DNA from: an uncultured archaeon
Lineage (GTDB): Archaea; Asgardarchaeota; Heimdallarchaeia; Heimdallarchaeales; Heimdallarchaeaceae
Direction: 5' to 3'
Assembly (NCBI GenBank): GCA_964549075.1
Contig: CAZJUB010000004.1
Location: 18,232-82,231 of the forward strand
DNA: 64,000 nt
The notes beneath the pieces were generated by a model. That model worked only from the letters and a program-made list of their open reading frames with translations, was not told the DNA's origin and searched no databases. This document shows, in pieces, positions 1-9,520 of this stretch. How positions within the stretch are numbered: the stretch's first letter is position 1; each line of letters starts with the position of its first letter. Position numbers and translations under genes: made by a program.

Positions 1-2
1 AA

Positions 3-62
3 GCATTTTTTGACATTAAAGCTCTTCTCTTTGAGGATCCATCAGAACAGTCAAGTGATTAA
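3..62 (+). CDS. 3' end of an upstream gene cut by the window edge (…AFFDIKALLFEDPSEQSSD*), possibly a DUF134-type DNA-binding protein
   Basis: Open frame from base 3 to TAA at 60-62, 2 nt before the next ATG. The DUF134 guess rests only on the usual context upstream of NifX/COG1149 operons. Confidence 0.3.
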   Translation, partial: AFFDIKALLFEDPSEQSSD

Positions 63-64
63 CT

Positions 65-394
65 ATGAAAGTAGCTATACCTAGTTCTTCTAATCAAGAA
101 GATTCTATAATGTATGAGAGATTTGGCAGATGTAATTATTTCTGTATATACGATTCTGAATATGATACACTGGATTTTATTACCAATCCAGCTGTATATG
201 CTAGTGGAGGAGCTGGATTTCAAGCTGTAGAATTCCTCCTTAACAATGATATTGGAGCAGTCATTGTTCCTCGGTTAGGACCTAATGCGGAAGGAGTTTT
301 AAAGCGAGGTAAAGTTGATATCTTCCAAGGAGAGAATATTCCAGTCAAAGATTTGATAGAAAAATGGAAAACCAATTCTCTAACTAAAATTTAG
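65..394 (+). CDS. NifB/NifX-family (FeMo-cofactor-binding-like) protein
   Basis: MKVAIP start, RFGRCNYF, GGAG, LGPNA motifs; 109 aa. Confidence 0.85.
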   Translation: MKVAIPSSSNQEDSIMYERFGRCNYFCIYDSEYDTLDFITNPAVYASGGAGFQAVEFLLNNDIGAVIVPRLGPNAEGVLKRGKVDIFQGENIPVKDLIEKWKTNSLTKI

Positions 395-402
395 GTGATA
401 AA

Positions 403-750
403 ATGAAATATGCAATTCCAATTGATACAAATAATGATTTAGATTCTATTGTCGGTCAACACTTCGGTCATGTTCCCTTCTATGCTATCTGGGATCAAGA
501 TTCTGATGAGCTTAACATAGTTGAGAACCAAAGCAACCATAAAGGTGGTTCAGGATTACCAATGGAATTCTTAGCCTCACTTTGTGATGGAGATTTACTC
601 AAAGGAGCTGGATCCAAAGCTGTAATGTTAGGAAAGCAATTAGGCTTAGATGTTTATATGGGTGCTGAAGGTACTGTGAAAGACACTATTCAGAAATTCA
701 TCAATGGTGAGCTTTATGCAGCAACCAAAGATGATGGATGTAATCATTGA
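403..750 (+). CDS. NifB/NifX-family protein
   Basis: MKYAIP, HFGHVPFY, GAGSKA, GTVKD, C-terminal CNH; AGGTGA RBS upstream. Confidence 0.85.
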   Translation: MKYAIPIDTNNDLDSIVGQHFGHVPFYAIWDQDSDELNIVENQSNHKGGSGLPMEFLASLCDGDLLKGAGSKAVMLGKQLGLDVYMGAEGTVKDTIQKFINGELYAATKDDGCNH

Positions 751-764
751 TTGAAGGCAAATTT

Positions 765-1601
765 ATGCAAATAGCCATAGTATCAGGCAAAGGTGGTACT
801 GGAAAGACTACTGTTGCTGTAAGTCTAGCTTTATCTATAAAGGATACTCATCTTCTAGATGCCGATGTTGATGAACCTAATTGTGCGTTGTTTTTAGGAT
901 TAGAGACAAAAAAAGTTGGTTCAAGTGAGATTCTGATTCCTGTAATTGACAAACAAAAATGCACTCTTTGTGGAAAATGTAACGAGAGTTGTCAATATAA
1001 TGCACTGATTAAACTACCAGAAGAAATTTTACTCTTTGAAAAAATGTGTCACGGATGTGGTGTTTGTTCATTTGTGTGTCCTGAAGATGCAATCTCTGAA
1101 ACTCCACGAGAAATAGGGAAAATATACGAGGGGAAGAACGACAACATTCTATTCCATTTTGGAGAGTTAATTGTAGGTGAGGAACTTACTACTCCTGTGA
1201 TTAGCAGATTAAAAGAGGAAATTAGAGATGGAAGTAAGTTTGTTGTAATTGATTCACCACCTGGTTCTGCTTGCTCTATGGTGGAAACAGTTTCTGATTC
1301 TGACTATATTATTCTAGTAGCTGAACCTACTCCTTTTGGACTCTCTGATATGAAGATCGTTGTTGACACTCTTCGAGTCTTAAAAAAGCCATTTGGTGTA
1401 GTGATTAACAAACACGGTATTGGTGATGACAAATTAGAACAATTCTGTAGAGATGAACAAATTCCAGTTTTGATGAAGATCCCTTTTGATCTTGAAATCG
1501 CACATAACTATTCATCTGGTAAACCTTTAGTTGAAGCTTTTCCGAAATACAAAAACGAATTTCAAGTTCTTCAAACTAAGATTAAGGAGTTGATAAAATG
1601 A
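765..1601 (+). CDS. MinD-superfamily P-loop ATPase with inserted 2x[4Fe-4S] ferredoxin domain (COG1149-like)
   Basis: SGKGGTGKT, DADVDEPN, CxxCxxCxxxC twice, DSPPG, EPTPFG. ATG at 765 preferred over TTG at 747. Confidence 0.9.
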   Translation: MQIAIVSGKGGTGKTTVAVSLALSIKDTHLLDADVDEPNCALFLGLETKKVGSSEILIPVIDKQKCTLCGKCNESCQYNALIKLPEEILLFEKMCHGCGVCSFVCPEDAISETPREIGKIYEGKNDNILFHFGELIVGEELTTPVISRLKEEIRDGSKFVVIDSPPGSACSMVETVSDSDYIILVAEPTPFGLSDMKIVVDTLRVLKKPFGVVINKHGIGDDKLEQFCRDEQIPVLMKIPFDLEIAHNYSSGKPLVEAFPKYKNEFQVLQTKIKELIK

Positions 1602-2497
1602 AAGAAGAAGATGTCAGACAAGTTACCATCATTTCTGGTAAAGGAGGAACCGGCAAAAGTTCATTGATTGCAGCTCTTGCTAGTTATCTTCAAGATCACA
1701 TAATTCTTGCAGATGCAGATGTAGATGCAGCTGATCTTTATCTGATATTTACACCTTCAAAAACTGTAAGTTTTGATTATTATGGCTTACAGAAGGCTTT
1801 CATTGATGAAGAGAAATGCATAAAATGTGGAGATTGTAAAGCTTATTGCCGTTTTGATGCTATTACAGACAATTTGACTGTCAATCCAACTAAATGTGAA
1901 GGATGTTCGCTTTGTTATCATGTTTGTTCTTTTGCTGCAATAACCATGAACGATGTTGTATCAGGTCAGTACTTTATCTCTAGTACAAGAATTGGTGAGA
2001 TGGTTCACGCTAAATTAAATCCAGGGGAAGAAAGTTCTGGTTTACTAGTCGCAGAAGTACGTAAGACTGCAAAAACTGTTGCTGCTAAAAATAACAAACA
2101 GCTAGTGCTTATTGATGGCTCTCCTGGTATTGGTTGTCCTGTTATAAGCTCACTTACAGGAACTAACTTTGCAATTGTTGTAACTGAACCAACTCTCTCT
2201 GGTTATCACGATTTAGATAGAATACTTCAACTTCTTAAGCAATTTAAAATCCCAGGTTTTATTGTTATTAACAGATCAGATATTAACGAAGAGATAGCAC
2301 GAAGTATCCAAGATGAGTTTCATGATACTTATCCTATTATAGGTAAAATCCCTTATAATTCAATTTTCGTGAAAGCTATGCTAGAGAAGAAATCGATAAT
2401 GGAAATAAAATCAGAAGAAAAAGAAGATAAAGATATTCAATCTACAATAGAAAGATTTGGTGATCTTATTCTCGAAAAATTATCGATAAAAGATTAA
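1598..2497 (+). CDS. MinD-superfamily P-loop ATPase with inserted ferredoxin domain (second paralog)
   Basis: SGKGGTGKS, DADVDAADL, two CxxCxxCxxxC motifs, DGSPGIGCP, EPTLSG; overlaps the previous stop. Confidence 0.9.
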   Translation: MKEEDVRQVTIISGKGGTGKSSLIAALASYLQDHIILADADVDAADLYLIFTPSKTVSFDYYGLQKAFIDEEKCIKCGDCKAYCRFDAITDNLTVNPTKCEGCSLCYHVCSFAAITMNDVVSGQYFISSTRIGEMVHAKLNPGEESSGLLVAEVRKTAKTVAAKNNKQLVLIDGSPGIGCPVISSLTGTNFAIVVTEPTLSGYHDLDRILQLLKQFKIPGFIVINRSDINEEIARSIQDEFHDTYPIIGKIPYNSIFVKAMLEKKSIMEIKSEEKEDKDIQSTIERFGDLILEKLSIKD

Positions 2498-2527
2498 CTT
2501 TATAGGTTAGCTTTCTTCTGCTAGCTC

Positions 2528-3358
2528 ATGAACCACACTGAAGCATATTTTACAGGTGCTAAGAACTACCAGATATTTTATCAGAGTTGGGTACCTGATA
2601 AACCAAAAGCTGTTGTTCAGATTATTCATGGTGCCTTTGAACATATAGGTAGATATCAACATTTAACAGACTATTTAGTTTCTCGCAATATTGCAGTTTA
2701 TGGCAATGATCATAGAGGACATGGTAAAAGTGAAGGGAGAAGAAATCATTGTGATAGTTTAGATGATTTAGTTGATGATTGTTACATATTAACTCAAATT
2801 ATTCAAAAAGAGCAGAAAGGTGTGCCTATTTTTGTAGTAGGACACTCTATGGGATCATTTGTTGGACAACGATTTGCTATCAAACATCAAGAGGATTTGA
2901 AAGGATTGGTTCTTTCTGGAACAGGTACTAAAATACCTCCATTACCACCTTTACTAATGATTATTGCACGTATATTGGTGAAAATTTGGCCAACATTCAA
3001 AGGACCATCAGGACTTATTCCAGAGGAAATTTCTTCAGATCCAGAATCAGTAGAAAATTATGTCAATGATCCATTAATTAACTATAAAGAAGCTTCAATT
3101 AAATATGGTTTGAATATGGTTTATAATTATAAAGACATAAAAAATAAGATGTCAACTATCAAAATACCTGTCTTAATCCAAAAAGGCGACCAAGACAAAA
3201 TGGTTATACATCTAGATGAACTAATTGAAGATCTAAAACAAACTGATTTGACAGTGAAAATCTATAAAGATTCAAAACATGAAGTATACACTGAAGTGAA
3301 AGCAAAAAGAGAGGAAGCTTTTTCCGATCTCTTTGAATGGATTAACTCTCATCTTTGA
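2528..3358 (+). CDS. Alpha/beta hydrolase, lysophospholipase/monoglyceride lipase type
   Basis: HGAFEH, DHRGHG, GHSMG nucleophile elbow, GDQD, KHE. Confidence 0.9.
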   Translation: MNHTEAYFTGAKNYQIFYQSWVPDKPKAVVQIIHGAFEHIGRYQHLTDYLVSRNIAVYGNDHRGHGKSEGRRNHCDSLDDLVDDCYILTQIIQKEQKGVPIFVVGHSMGSFVGQRFAIKHQEDLKGLVLSGTGTKIPPLPPLLMIIARILVKIWPTFKGPSGLIPEEISSDPESVENYVNDPLINYKEASIKYGLNMVYNYKDIKNKMSTIKIPVLIQKGDQDKMVIHLDELIEDLKQTDLTVKIYKDSKHEVYTEVKAKREEAFSDLFEWINSHL

Positions 3359-4532
3359 TTGTTTCATCTTCAGGACTTGAGTATTCCTTTATAAGAAGAC
3401 CATCACCAGCATTGATTTTTGCTTCATCTTTTGGAAAGAAGAAGTATTGTCCTTTCTTTCTAACTGCTAAAATTTGGAAGAAATCATCAGTATATTCAGC
3501 TTCTTTGACAGACAATCCGACGTAAGGAGAGTCTTTAGTAACTAGGATATAGTTTACAGCTTCTGAAGAATCATCAACTACATCTTCCAGTAATTCATAA
3601 GGTTTATGTCTTTTAGTAACTCCAAAAGCGATTTTATTTGCTGCATCAGCTATTTCTTCAAATGAATCAGCCATTCTGAGATAACCCATTAGAGTACTAT
3701 CTCCGATTTTATTTTGTTTATAGAGCTTTAATACTTCTTGAATTATCTCATATTGTAGTTTATCGACTCTATCTTCAGTCTGCATAATTAGATTTTTCAC
3801 GTTTGGTAAATCTTCTAATGCAAAAAGATATGCTAAATCAACAATTAGCTCAGAAGATTCTTTCATTGTAACAAGTAAATCTTGATGATACTTCAGTTTC
3901 TCTACTTCTATCTTTCTAGTATCATCGATAATATTTTCTCGGGCTTTATCTACTGAATCAACTCTACCGTTAGCTAATTCTATAAATTGGTTAACATTTT
4001 CTAAAGGTCCTCTAAAAATCAGTAAATCACCACACTTCATGATTTCTTTATAATCCAGTAAAAGACCTTCATTAGGTCGAATTATAGCAGCTACATCTAC
4101 TCCTAACTTATCGTGAATATCAGCTGTAAGCTCCGAAGTACCACAAAGAGGAGATTGTGCTTTTAATTCAACTAAATCTACTAATTGATCTAAATGCTGT
4201 TGAACTATTTTTATTTCATCTTCGATATGTATGTCCATTAGAACCAAAGAAGCTATGTCAGCTGCACTATCTGAGATAAGATTATTTGCTTCTCCTATAA
4301 TATAATAGATTCGCAACTCTTCTGCTTGATTCAAACTTTTAATCGAGACGGATAGTCTATCGAGAAGGTTTTTGTATAGACTATCGATTTTTTCTTCTAA
4401 AACAAGCACTTGTTTTGCTAATAATTTATCTGAATATAGAAGTGATGCAAAAGCTAAATCAACGCAAATTTCTGAGAGCGTTTTCATTTCAATTAAAATA
4501 TCTTTTACACTTATAGGTTCATTGTCGCTCAT
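3342..4532 (-). CDS. PhoU-like plus TrkA-C (RCK_C) tandem-domain protein
   Basis: Two repeats of MKxxSExxVDLAY/F helical bundle, each followed by an RCK_C-like segment (SPLCG/SPYVG…AIIR/AVRK…GD). Confidence 0.75.
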   Translation of the reverse strand: MSDNEPISVKDILIEMKTLSEICVDLAFASLLYSDKLLAKQVLVLEEKIDSLYKNLLDRLSVSIKSLNQAEELRIYYIIGEANNLISDSAADIASLVLMDIHIEDEIKIVQQHLDQLVDLVELKAQSPLCGTSELTADIHDKLGVDVAAIIRPNEGLLLDYKEIMKCGDLLIFRGPLENVNQFIELANGRVDSVDKARENIIDDTRKIEVEKLKYHQDLLVTMKESSELIVDLAYLFALEDLPNVKNLIMQTEDRVDKLQYEIIQEVLKLYKQNKIGDSTLMGYLRMADSFEEIADAANKIAFGVTKRHKPYELLEDVVDDSSEAVNYILVTKDSPYVGLSVKEAEYTDDFFQILAVRKKGQYFFFPKDEAKINAGDGLLIKEYSSPEDETIKDES

Positions 4533-4639
4533 TTCTGATCGAACACTCTTTCATAGATTTATTTCCTCAATCAAATATCAAGTTTTCGCTTTTAGAGGAA
4601 GAAGATAAAGACTTAAAACGAGAAATAAATAGTGTTGTT

Positions 4640-5056
4640 ATGTATAATCAAGAAGAAGAGAAAAGGGGGATTTACTTCGAGAAAAATGAAGTACTTTCTC
4701 TTATTGGTATTTTCTTTCTTGGTTTTTCTACTGCAATGTTTCACCTTATGCGCCAATTTGGCTAGCAAGAATCTTTGAAGTCGATTCTTATTAATATTAG
4801 GTTTTGCAGCTATAATTCCTAATTTTATAATCATAATAGGTACAACTGTATAGGGAATTGCAGTTGATAGATTTGGTAACAAACCCTTTGTGCTAACTGG
4901 GTTATTAGGTTCAGCTATTATGTACTTTACTCTTTTATTTATCAATAAAGCTGTTGTTAGGTTATGCCAATATTTGCAATGATAACCTCGATTTTTCCAT
5001 TATTATTTTCAGGAGTGTTATTCATTTATCTGACAAAGAAAAAAGTATTGTTCTGA
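4640..5056 (+). pseudogene. Degraded MFS transporter remnant
   Basis: MYNQEEEKRG…LIGIFFLGFSTAMF, frameshifts, …IIGTTV*(TAG 4851-4853)GIAVDRFGNKPF (MFS motif A-like), then a short hydrophobic tail ending TGA at 5054-5056; far too short for a 12-TM MFS protein. Confidence 0.65.
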
Positions 5057-5081
5057 AAAAATTTAAGAGGTATAAAAATTA

Positions 5082-5120
5082 CTGGTCATTAGTGACCAGC
5101 AGTTTAAAATCAAGTGACCA
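5082..5120. promoter_or_regulatory. Candidate operator CTGGTCA-TTAG-TGACCAG plus an extra AGTGACCA half-site
   Basis: Perfect 7-bp inverted repeat at 5082-5099 and half-site at 5113-5120, flanking a TTTAAA box upstream of the 5162-6319 gene trio. Confidence 0.6.
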
Positions 5121-5161
5121 ATCATAATTATAAATAGAAAACACAAAGAGGTTTAAAAAAA

Positions 5162-5503
5162 ATGAATATTGATGAACTCGGAGAAAAACTTGGTGAAGAA
5201 ATCGAGAAAAAAATTAAGAAGGAAAAGAAAGATAAAGAAGATCCTGAAGAGATAAGAGAAATTCTCTCGGTTGTAGGTTCTGAAGTTCCTGCATTAATCA
5301 AGAACATTTTCACTGCATTGTATGATCCTGAAATTGCTTCAAATTATGGAAAAGGTATAGTAGCCTTATATGAACAATTGAAAGATAAAGGTATACCAGA
5401 GGATATGCTTAAAGAAATTGTTATGAATTTCTCTAAATCATTTGATGTTGTCGGTAAAGCAATGAAAAATATCAATGTCGATAGAAAAGATGAAGACGAT
5501 TAG
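5162..5503 (+). CDS. Hypothetical helical protein, first gene of a three-gene operon
   Basis: 113-aa charged helical ORF with ATG start. Confidence 0.75.
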   Translation: MNIDELGEKLGEEIEKKIKKEKKDKEDPEEIREILSVVGSEVPALIKNIFTALYDPEIASNYGKGIVALYEQLKDKGIPEDMLKEIVMNFSKSFDVVGKAMKNINVDRKDEDD

Positions 5504-5524
5504 AAATAGCAGTAAGGTGTAATA

Positions 5525-5839
5525 ATGTCAAGTAAATTTTGGAATGTTCTTGTGATTACCTATTACATCTCTTATCTATTTCTAATTATACCTCCTTTAG
5601 CTTTATATTATCTTTTTGCAAATGGGTACAGAAGAAGAAGAAATAAGAGAACTGTAAGTAAAATTCTTAAAAAAGGAGGATTACCTAAAGAGCTCCAAAA
5701 AGGGATTAGACAATCATATAGGGATCAGCTTAAAACTTTTAAAATAATTAACTTGGTCAAAAATAGCAAGGGGATAAAAGGCTCTAAAGATGAGGATAAA
5801 ACTAATTTCGCTGGTTTTTTTAAATTCACAACGTCATAA
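5525..5839 (+). CDS. Hypothetical single-pass membrane protein with basic cytoplasmic tail
   Basis: N-terminal hydrophobic helix followed by RRRRNKR; AAGGTG RBS. Confidence 0.7.
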   Translation: MSSKFWNVLVITYYISYLFLIIPPLALYYLFANGYRRRRNKRTVSKILKKGGLPKELQKGIRQSYRDQLKTFKIINLVKNSKGIKGSKDEDKTNFAGFFKFTTS

Positions 5840-5848
5840 GTGATTTCT

Positions 5849-6319
5849 ATGTCTGAGGATGAACAAAATTTGGAGGAAAGAATTGCAGATTTAGAGGAAA
5901 AGATAAACTATGTTATCCTTCAGATTAACAATCTTCAACATAAAGTTTCAGATAGTAATCCTGAATTAAAACAGATGATGAATCTATTACAAATATTAAC
6001 TTCAACACTTCAGATTTCTAAAGCTCCTTTCACCATACTTAATCAAACTTTTTCTTTAAATGAGCGGATACACCAAAGATTCCCGGAACTCAAATATGAC
6101 AATATTTCCAAAGTTATTGTAGATATTCTAGGTAAAAAAGGTAATTTGAACATTTCACAGCTAACTGAACAAGTTCGAAAAGAAAGAGGTTCTGCTTCTA
6201 GAAGGATAGTAAGAGAGAGAGTGGACATACTTATAGATTCAGGAATTATCCGTGAAGTTGATCATGGTTATGGAAGACAGATTGAACTTATAGAACCTGA
6301 GGAAGAAGGAGAAGAATAG
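5849..6319 (+). CDS. Coiled-coil plus winged-helix DNA-binding protein (putative regulator)
   Basis: N-terminal heptads; C-terminal NISQLT…SASRRIVRERVDILIDSGII wHTH. The GTGAT at 5840 is read as RBS with ATG at 5849. Confidence 0.7.
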   Translation: MSEDEQNLEERIADLEEKINYVILQINNLQHKVSDSNPELKQMMNLLQILTSTLQISKAPFTILNQTFSLNERIHQRFPELKYDNISKVIVDILGKKGNLNISQLTEQVRKERGSASRRIVRERVDILIDSGIIREVDHGYGRQIELIEPEEEGEE

Positions 6320-6322
6320 AGA

Positions 6323-7273
6323 TTATTTCCAAACATTCTTCATAACTCGCAGAAAATTTTTATGTGTGATTTTTTCAAGATCTTGTTTACTATATCCATT
6401 ATTCTCTAAGTGGTCTAATAGAACTGGAAAATAACTAACATCTTTGACTACTTCTGGTACTGTTGCACCATCATAATCTGAACCAAAGCTCATGTGATTT
6501 ATCCCTACTAAATCGACTATATGATCAATATGCTTTCTCATATCTTCAAGTTCAATTTCTTCAGGTTTTTTTTCTGAATGCAAAAACGATACACAGAAGT
6601 TCAATCCTATAGTACCATCTTTTTCAGCAATTGCTTGGATTTGGTCATCCTTCAAATTACGAAAATGTGAACAAATTGCAAAAGTATTACTATGCGAAGC
6701 TATAATAGGTTTCTTTGTTGTTTCAATTACATCCCAGAAAGATTTTTCGTTTAAATGACTCACATCAATTATGATTCCTAATCTATTCATTTCCTCAACT
6801 AAATCTCTTCCTTCATCAGTTAAACCTCGTTCTAAATTAAATCCTTCACCTGTTCTAGGATTGAAAGTGACACCTGTAGCAAAACGATTCACATTAGACC
6901 AACTCAAACCTATACTTCTTAAACCAACTCTATAATAATTACGTAAAGCCATTAAACTAGAATCTAATCCTCCTGAACCTTCAAAATGAAGAATAGCACC
7001 AACTTTATTTTCTTCTATACTTTTTTTAAAGTCTTCAACTTTCTTGATATGCATAAGTTGGTTATCTGGATTTTCTATAAGTTTAAACCATTGATCAATA
7101 CCTCTTAAAATATCAAAATCACTCCAACTTGGAAAAATTGCAAAAAACGCTGCTTCAACTCCACCTTTTTTCATACGTGGTAGATCAACATGTCCTCTAT
7201 CAGATTCATTCGCAAATGTACGCATTTCTCTCATTAATGCCCATAATACGTCTGTGTGTCCATCGATAATCAT
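6323..7273 (-). CDS. Membrane dipeptidase (peptidase M19)
   Basis: IDGHTD, IIDVSH, ASHSN, RNL, GSDYDG motifs. Confidence 0.92.
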   Translation of the reverse strand: MIIDGHTDVLWALMREMRTFANESDRGHVDLPRMKKGGVEAAFFAIFPSWSDFDILRGIDQWFKLIENPDNQLMHIKKVEDFKKSIEENKVGAILHFEGSGGLDSSLMALRNYYRVGLRSIGLSWSNVNRFATGVTFNPRTGEGFNLERGLTDEGRDLVEEMNRLGIIIDVSHLNEKSFWDVIETTKKPIIASHSNTFAICSHFRNLKDDQIQAIAEKDGTIGLNFCVSFLHSEKKPEEIELEDMRKHIDHIVDLVGINHMSFGSDYDGATVPEVVKDVSYFPVLLDHLENNGYSKQDLEKITHKNFLRVMKNVWK

Positions 7274-7317
7274 TCAAAAATAGGTTAAACAATTTAATTA
7301 AAAACTTTCTTGATAAC

Positions 7318-8148
7318 TTAGAACAATCCTAGCCTTTTTAGTACGTATAGGACTGATAAAGTAGTAGCTACATCAAATTCTTCTCCATCTTCAGAATCCC
7401 ATCTTCCATCACTTAACTGTCTTTGCGCGAGGACATCTATAAGTTTAGAAACCCACTCATGATTAAGAAGATTTGCGTTGATAAAACTTTCAATCATCCA
7501 AACTATTGAAGAAGACGGGTAATTTTCTAGTTGGAAAGTATGAAGCATTTCCAGCCCTCTTCGGGAAATACTGTCCTCTTTTCCCTTGATTTTAATAAAG
7601 GAAGGAATCGCATTCCACAAAGCATGTGAGTAACTTTTAAATCCAGTATCATCCCTCCAGTTTCGTGATAAATAAACGATACAATTTTCAATAATTCCAG
7701 CATATTTTTTATCTTTCAAACCAATTAAGAAATTCAAAACAATAGATGTACAATAAATCTGATTTGGTTTGGTTCCAGGTGTTTCCCAAGGTTCATAATC
7801 GAAATTTTTTATACTAATAGGTTCTTCAAAAAATCCTTCTTCATTCTGATTCTGGAGGAGGAAATGAACAGCCTTATCAAGAAATTCTTTAACTATCTCT
7901 GTTTTTTCAAGTATCAGAAAATCCTTGAAAAAAGTTATCGTTGGACCTATAGTACTAATACTATCTTTTCTCATCTTAAAAGGGATTCCACCATCAGAAT
8001 TTTGTAATGTTAGATATTCAGCAAGTTTATTCATCGTATTGGAATTTTCATTCAATAAAAGAGATAGTTTGAGTTTATCTATGTCTTTCCCCTTTTCTCT
8101 GATAAAATAGATTGCTTTATCAATATCGAAAGAAACCTCTTGCATCAA
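7318..8148 (-). CDS. Prenyltransferase/squalene-cyclase repeat (alpha/alpha toroid) protein
   Basis: QW-like repeats QNSDGG, QNEEGFF, QLSDGRW. Confidence 0.7.
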   Translation of the reverse strand: MMQEVSFDIDKAIYFIREKGKDIDKLKLSLLLNENSNTMNKLAEYLTLQNSDGGIPFKMRKDSISTIGPTITFFKDFLILEKTEIVKEFLDKAVHFLLQNQNEEGFFEEPISIKNFDYEPWETPGTKPNQIYCTSIVLNFLIGLKDKKYAGIIENCIVYLSRNWRDDTGFKSYSHALWNAIPSFIKIKGKEDSISRRGLEMLHTFQLENYPSSSIVWMIESFINANLLNHEWVSKLIDVLAQRQLSDGRWDSEDGEEFDVATTLSVLYVLKRLGLF

Positions 8149-8192
8149 TAAATATAAACAACAATAGTTCTTAAACCTAATGTGAATTTACA

Positions 8193-8921
8193 TCAGTTGA
8201 GTTTCAATTTCTTTAACATTTTTTCTGCTGCTTCTTTTTTTGCAGCTTTTCGATTTTGTCCTTTCCCAATAGTACTGATGGTTTTATCTTCAATTATGAC
8301 TTTACATTCCATATGGAAAACTGGTTCATGATCACTTCCTCCTTTTTTGATCAAACTATATTCGGGAAGATCAAGATCTTCTTTTTGAAAAAATTCTTGT
8401 AATATATTTATGGGATTTTTTTCGCAAATAGTGAGTTTCAGAATCTTTTCTCTTCCTTCTTCGTTTTTCAAATCTTCTTTAAACTGATGAAGATTTTTCT
8501 GAAAGATTCTTCTGAAAAACTCTCTAGCTACATCAAGTCCTTCAGAAAGATAGAAAGCGCCAAAAATTGCTTCTACTACATCCTCTAAATCTGTTTCTGC
8601 TACTTGATACTTTGATTCTGTTCTAAGATATTTTGCTATTTTCAAATCTTTTCCTACTTCTGCAAGAGCATTTGTTCTTACTAATAATGATCGAAGTTGA
8701 GACATCAAACCCACTTCCTCATCAGTTTCTTTAAATAGCCATTCTGCTGATAATAAATCTAATACAGCATCACCTAAAAATTCAAGTCTTTCAAAATCTT
8801 TAGCATCTGGATGTTCTGCTTTTAGATTTGGATGAGTAAATGCTTCTAGCAGTAGATCTTTATTTATTTTCCAGTCCAAAATTATTCCATTTTTAAAATC
8901 TATTTTATTGGTTTTAGACAT
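8193..8921 (-). CDS. rnc: Ribonuclease III with C-terminal dsRNA-binding domain
   Basis: ERLEFLGDAVL signature, EDVVEAIFGA, dsRBD NPINILQE…HEPVF…AAKKEAA. Confidence 0.93.
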   Translation of the reverse strand: MSKTNKIDFKNGIILDWKINKDLLLEAFTHPNLKAEHPDAKDFERLEFLGDAVLDLLSAEWLFKETDEEVGLMSQLRSLLVRTNALAEVGKDLKIAKYLRTESKYQVAETDLEDVVEAIFGAFYLSEGLDVAREFFRRIFQKNLHQFKEDLKNEEGREKILKLTICEKNPINILQEFFQKEDLDLPEYSLIKKGGSDHEPVFHMECKVIIEDKTISTIGKGQNRKAAKKEAAEKMLKKLKLN

Positions 8922-8975
8922 GTTGAGAAATTATCTATAATAGAGTTTTTAAATTCATTCATAAGTAGTAGTAAA

Positions 8976-9428
8976 ATGGAGTATTATAATCCAATAACTG
9001 AATTAGAATGGGCATATGGCACTTGGGGAGGTAAAATACTTGTTGAAGATAAAGAACAAGAATCTCATTTAATAATCAGTTCCATAGGTTCAGGAATTAT
9101 TGAATTTAATCTAACAACGAGTAAAAATGATATTAAGTATCAACTTGAAAAAAATATATTTTTCTATGATAAAACAAATGAAATAGCCAAACTCTTTTCT
9201 TTTAATTCAGAAGGTTATATCGAATTCTCTGACATTTCAATTAAAAGTAAAAATAAGCAAACAGAGATTCTAAGTAATTTTTATTCAGGATATAACTTAC
9301 CTCCAAACATCAAAATAACAAAAAAATGGCGTTTCTTTAAAAATCCTAAACAATTATTCTGTGAAGTTAAAATGGGAAAAGAAGAAAAAACAGTTGTATC
9401 AGCAGAATTACGTTTTTTAGGAAGATAA
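8976..9428 (+). CDS. Hypothetical beta-barrel protein, possibly THAP4/nitrobindin-like
   Basis: PxxxLEWAYGTWGG N-terminal motif followed by alternating beta strands. Confidence 0.45.
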   Translation: MEYYNPITELEWAYGTWGGKILVEDKEQESHLIISSIGSGIIEFNLTTSKNDIKYQLEKNIFFYDKTNEIAKLFSFNSEGYIEFSDISIKSKNKQTEILSNFYSGYNLPPNIKITKKWRFFKNPKQLFCEVKMGKEEKTVVSAELRFLGR

Positions 9429-9520
9429 ATCTATTTAAATTTCTTAATGAATAGGTAAGTTTGCATTGAAATAATCATAAAGATTATTAGAGTTGAATAC
9501 ATATTAAAACTTGATAACGA

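Noticed and set aside
65-750. Nitrogen fixation inferred from NifX-like genes
   Set aside because: No nifHDK visible; the family is common in non-diazotrophs
4613-4945. 110-aa minus-strand ORF from the track
   Set aside because: Antisense shadow of the MFS pseudogene on the + strand
5840-5848. GTG starts given by the track (also 17693, 32237, 34842, 59932)
   Set aside because: GTGAT is the archaeal RBS, with an ATG 9 nt downstream in each case
7318-8148. Squalene/oxidosqualene cyclase implying sterol or hopanoid synthesis
   Set aside because: Single 276-aa barrel with no DxDD/DCTAE catalytic motif; only the repeat fold is supported
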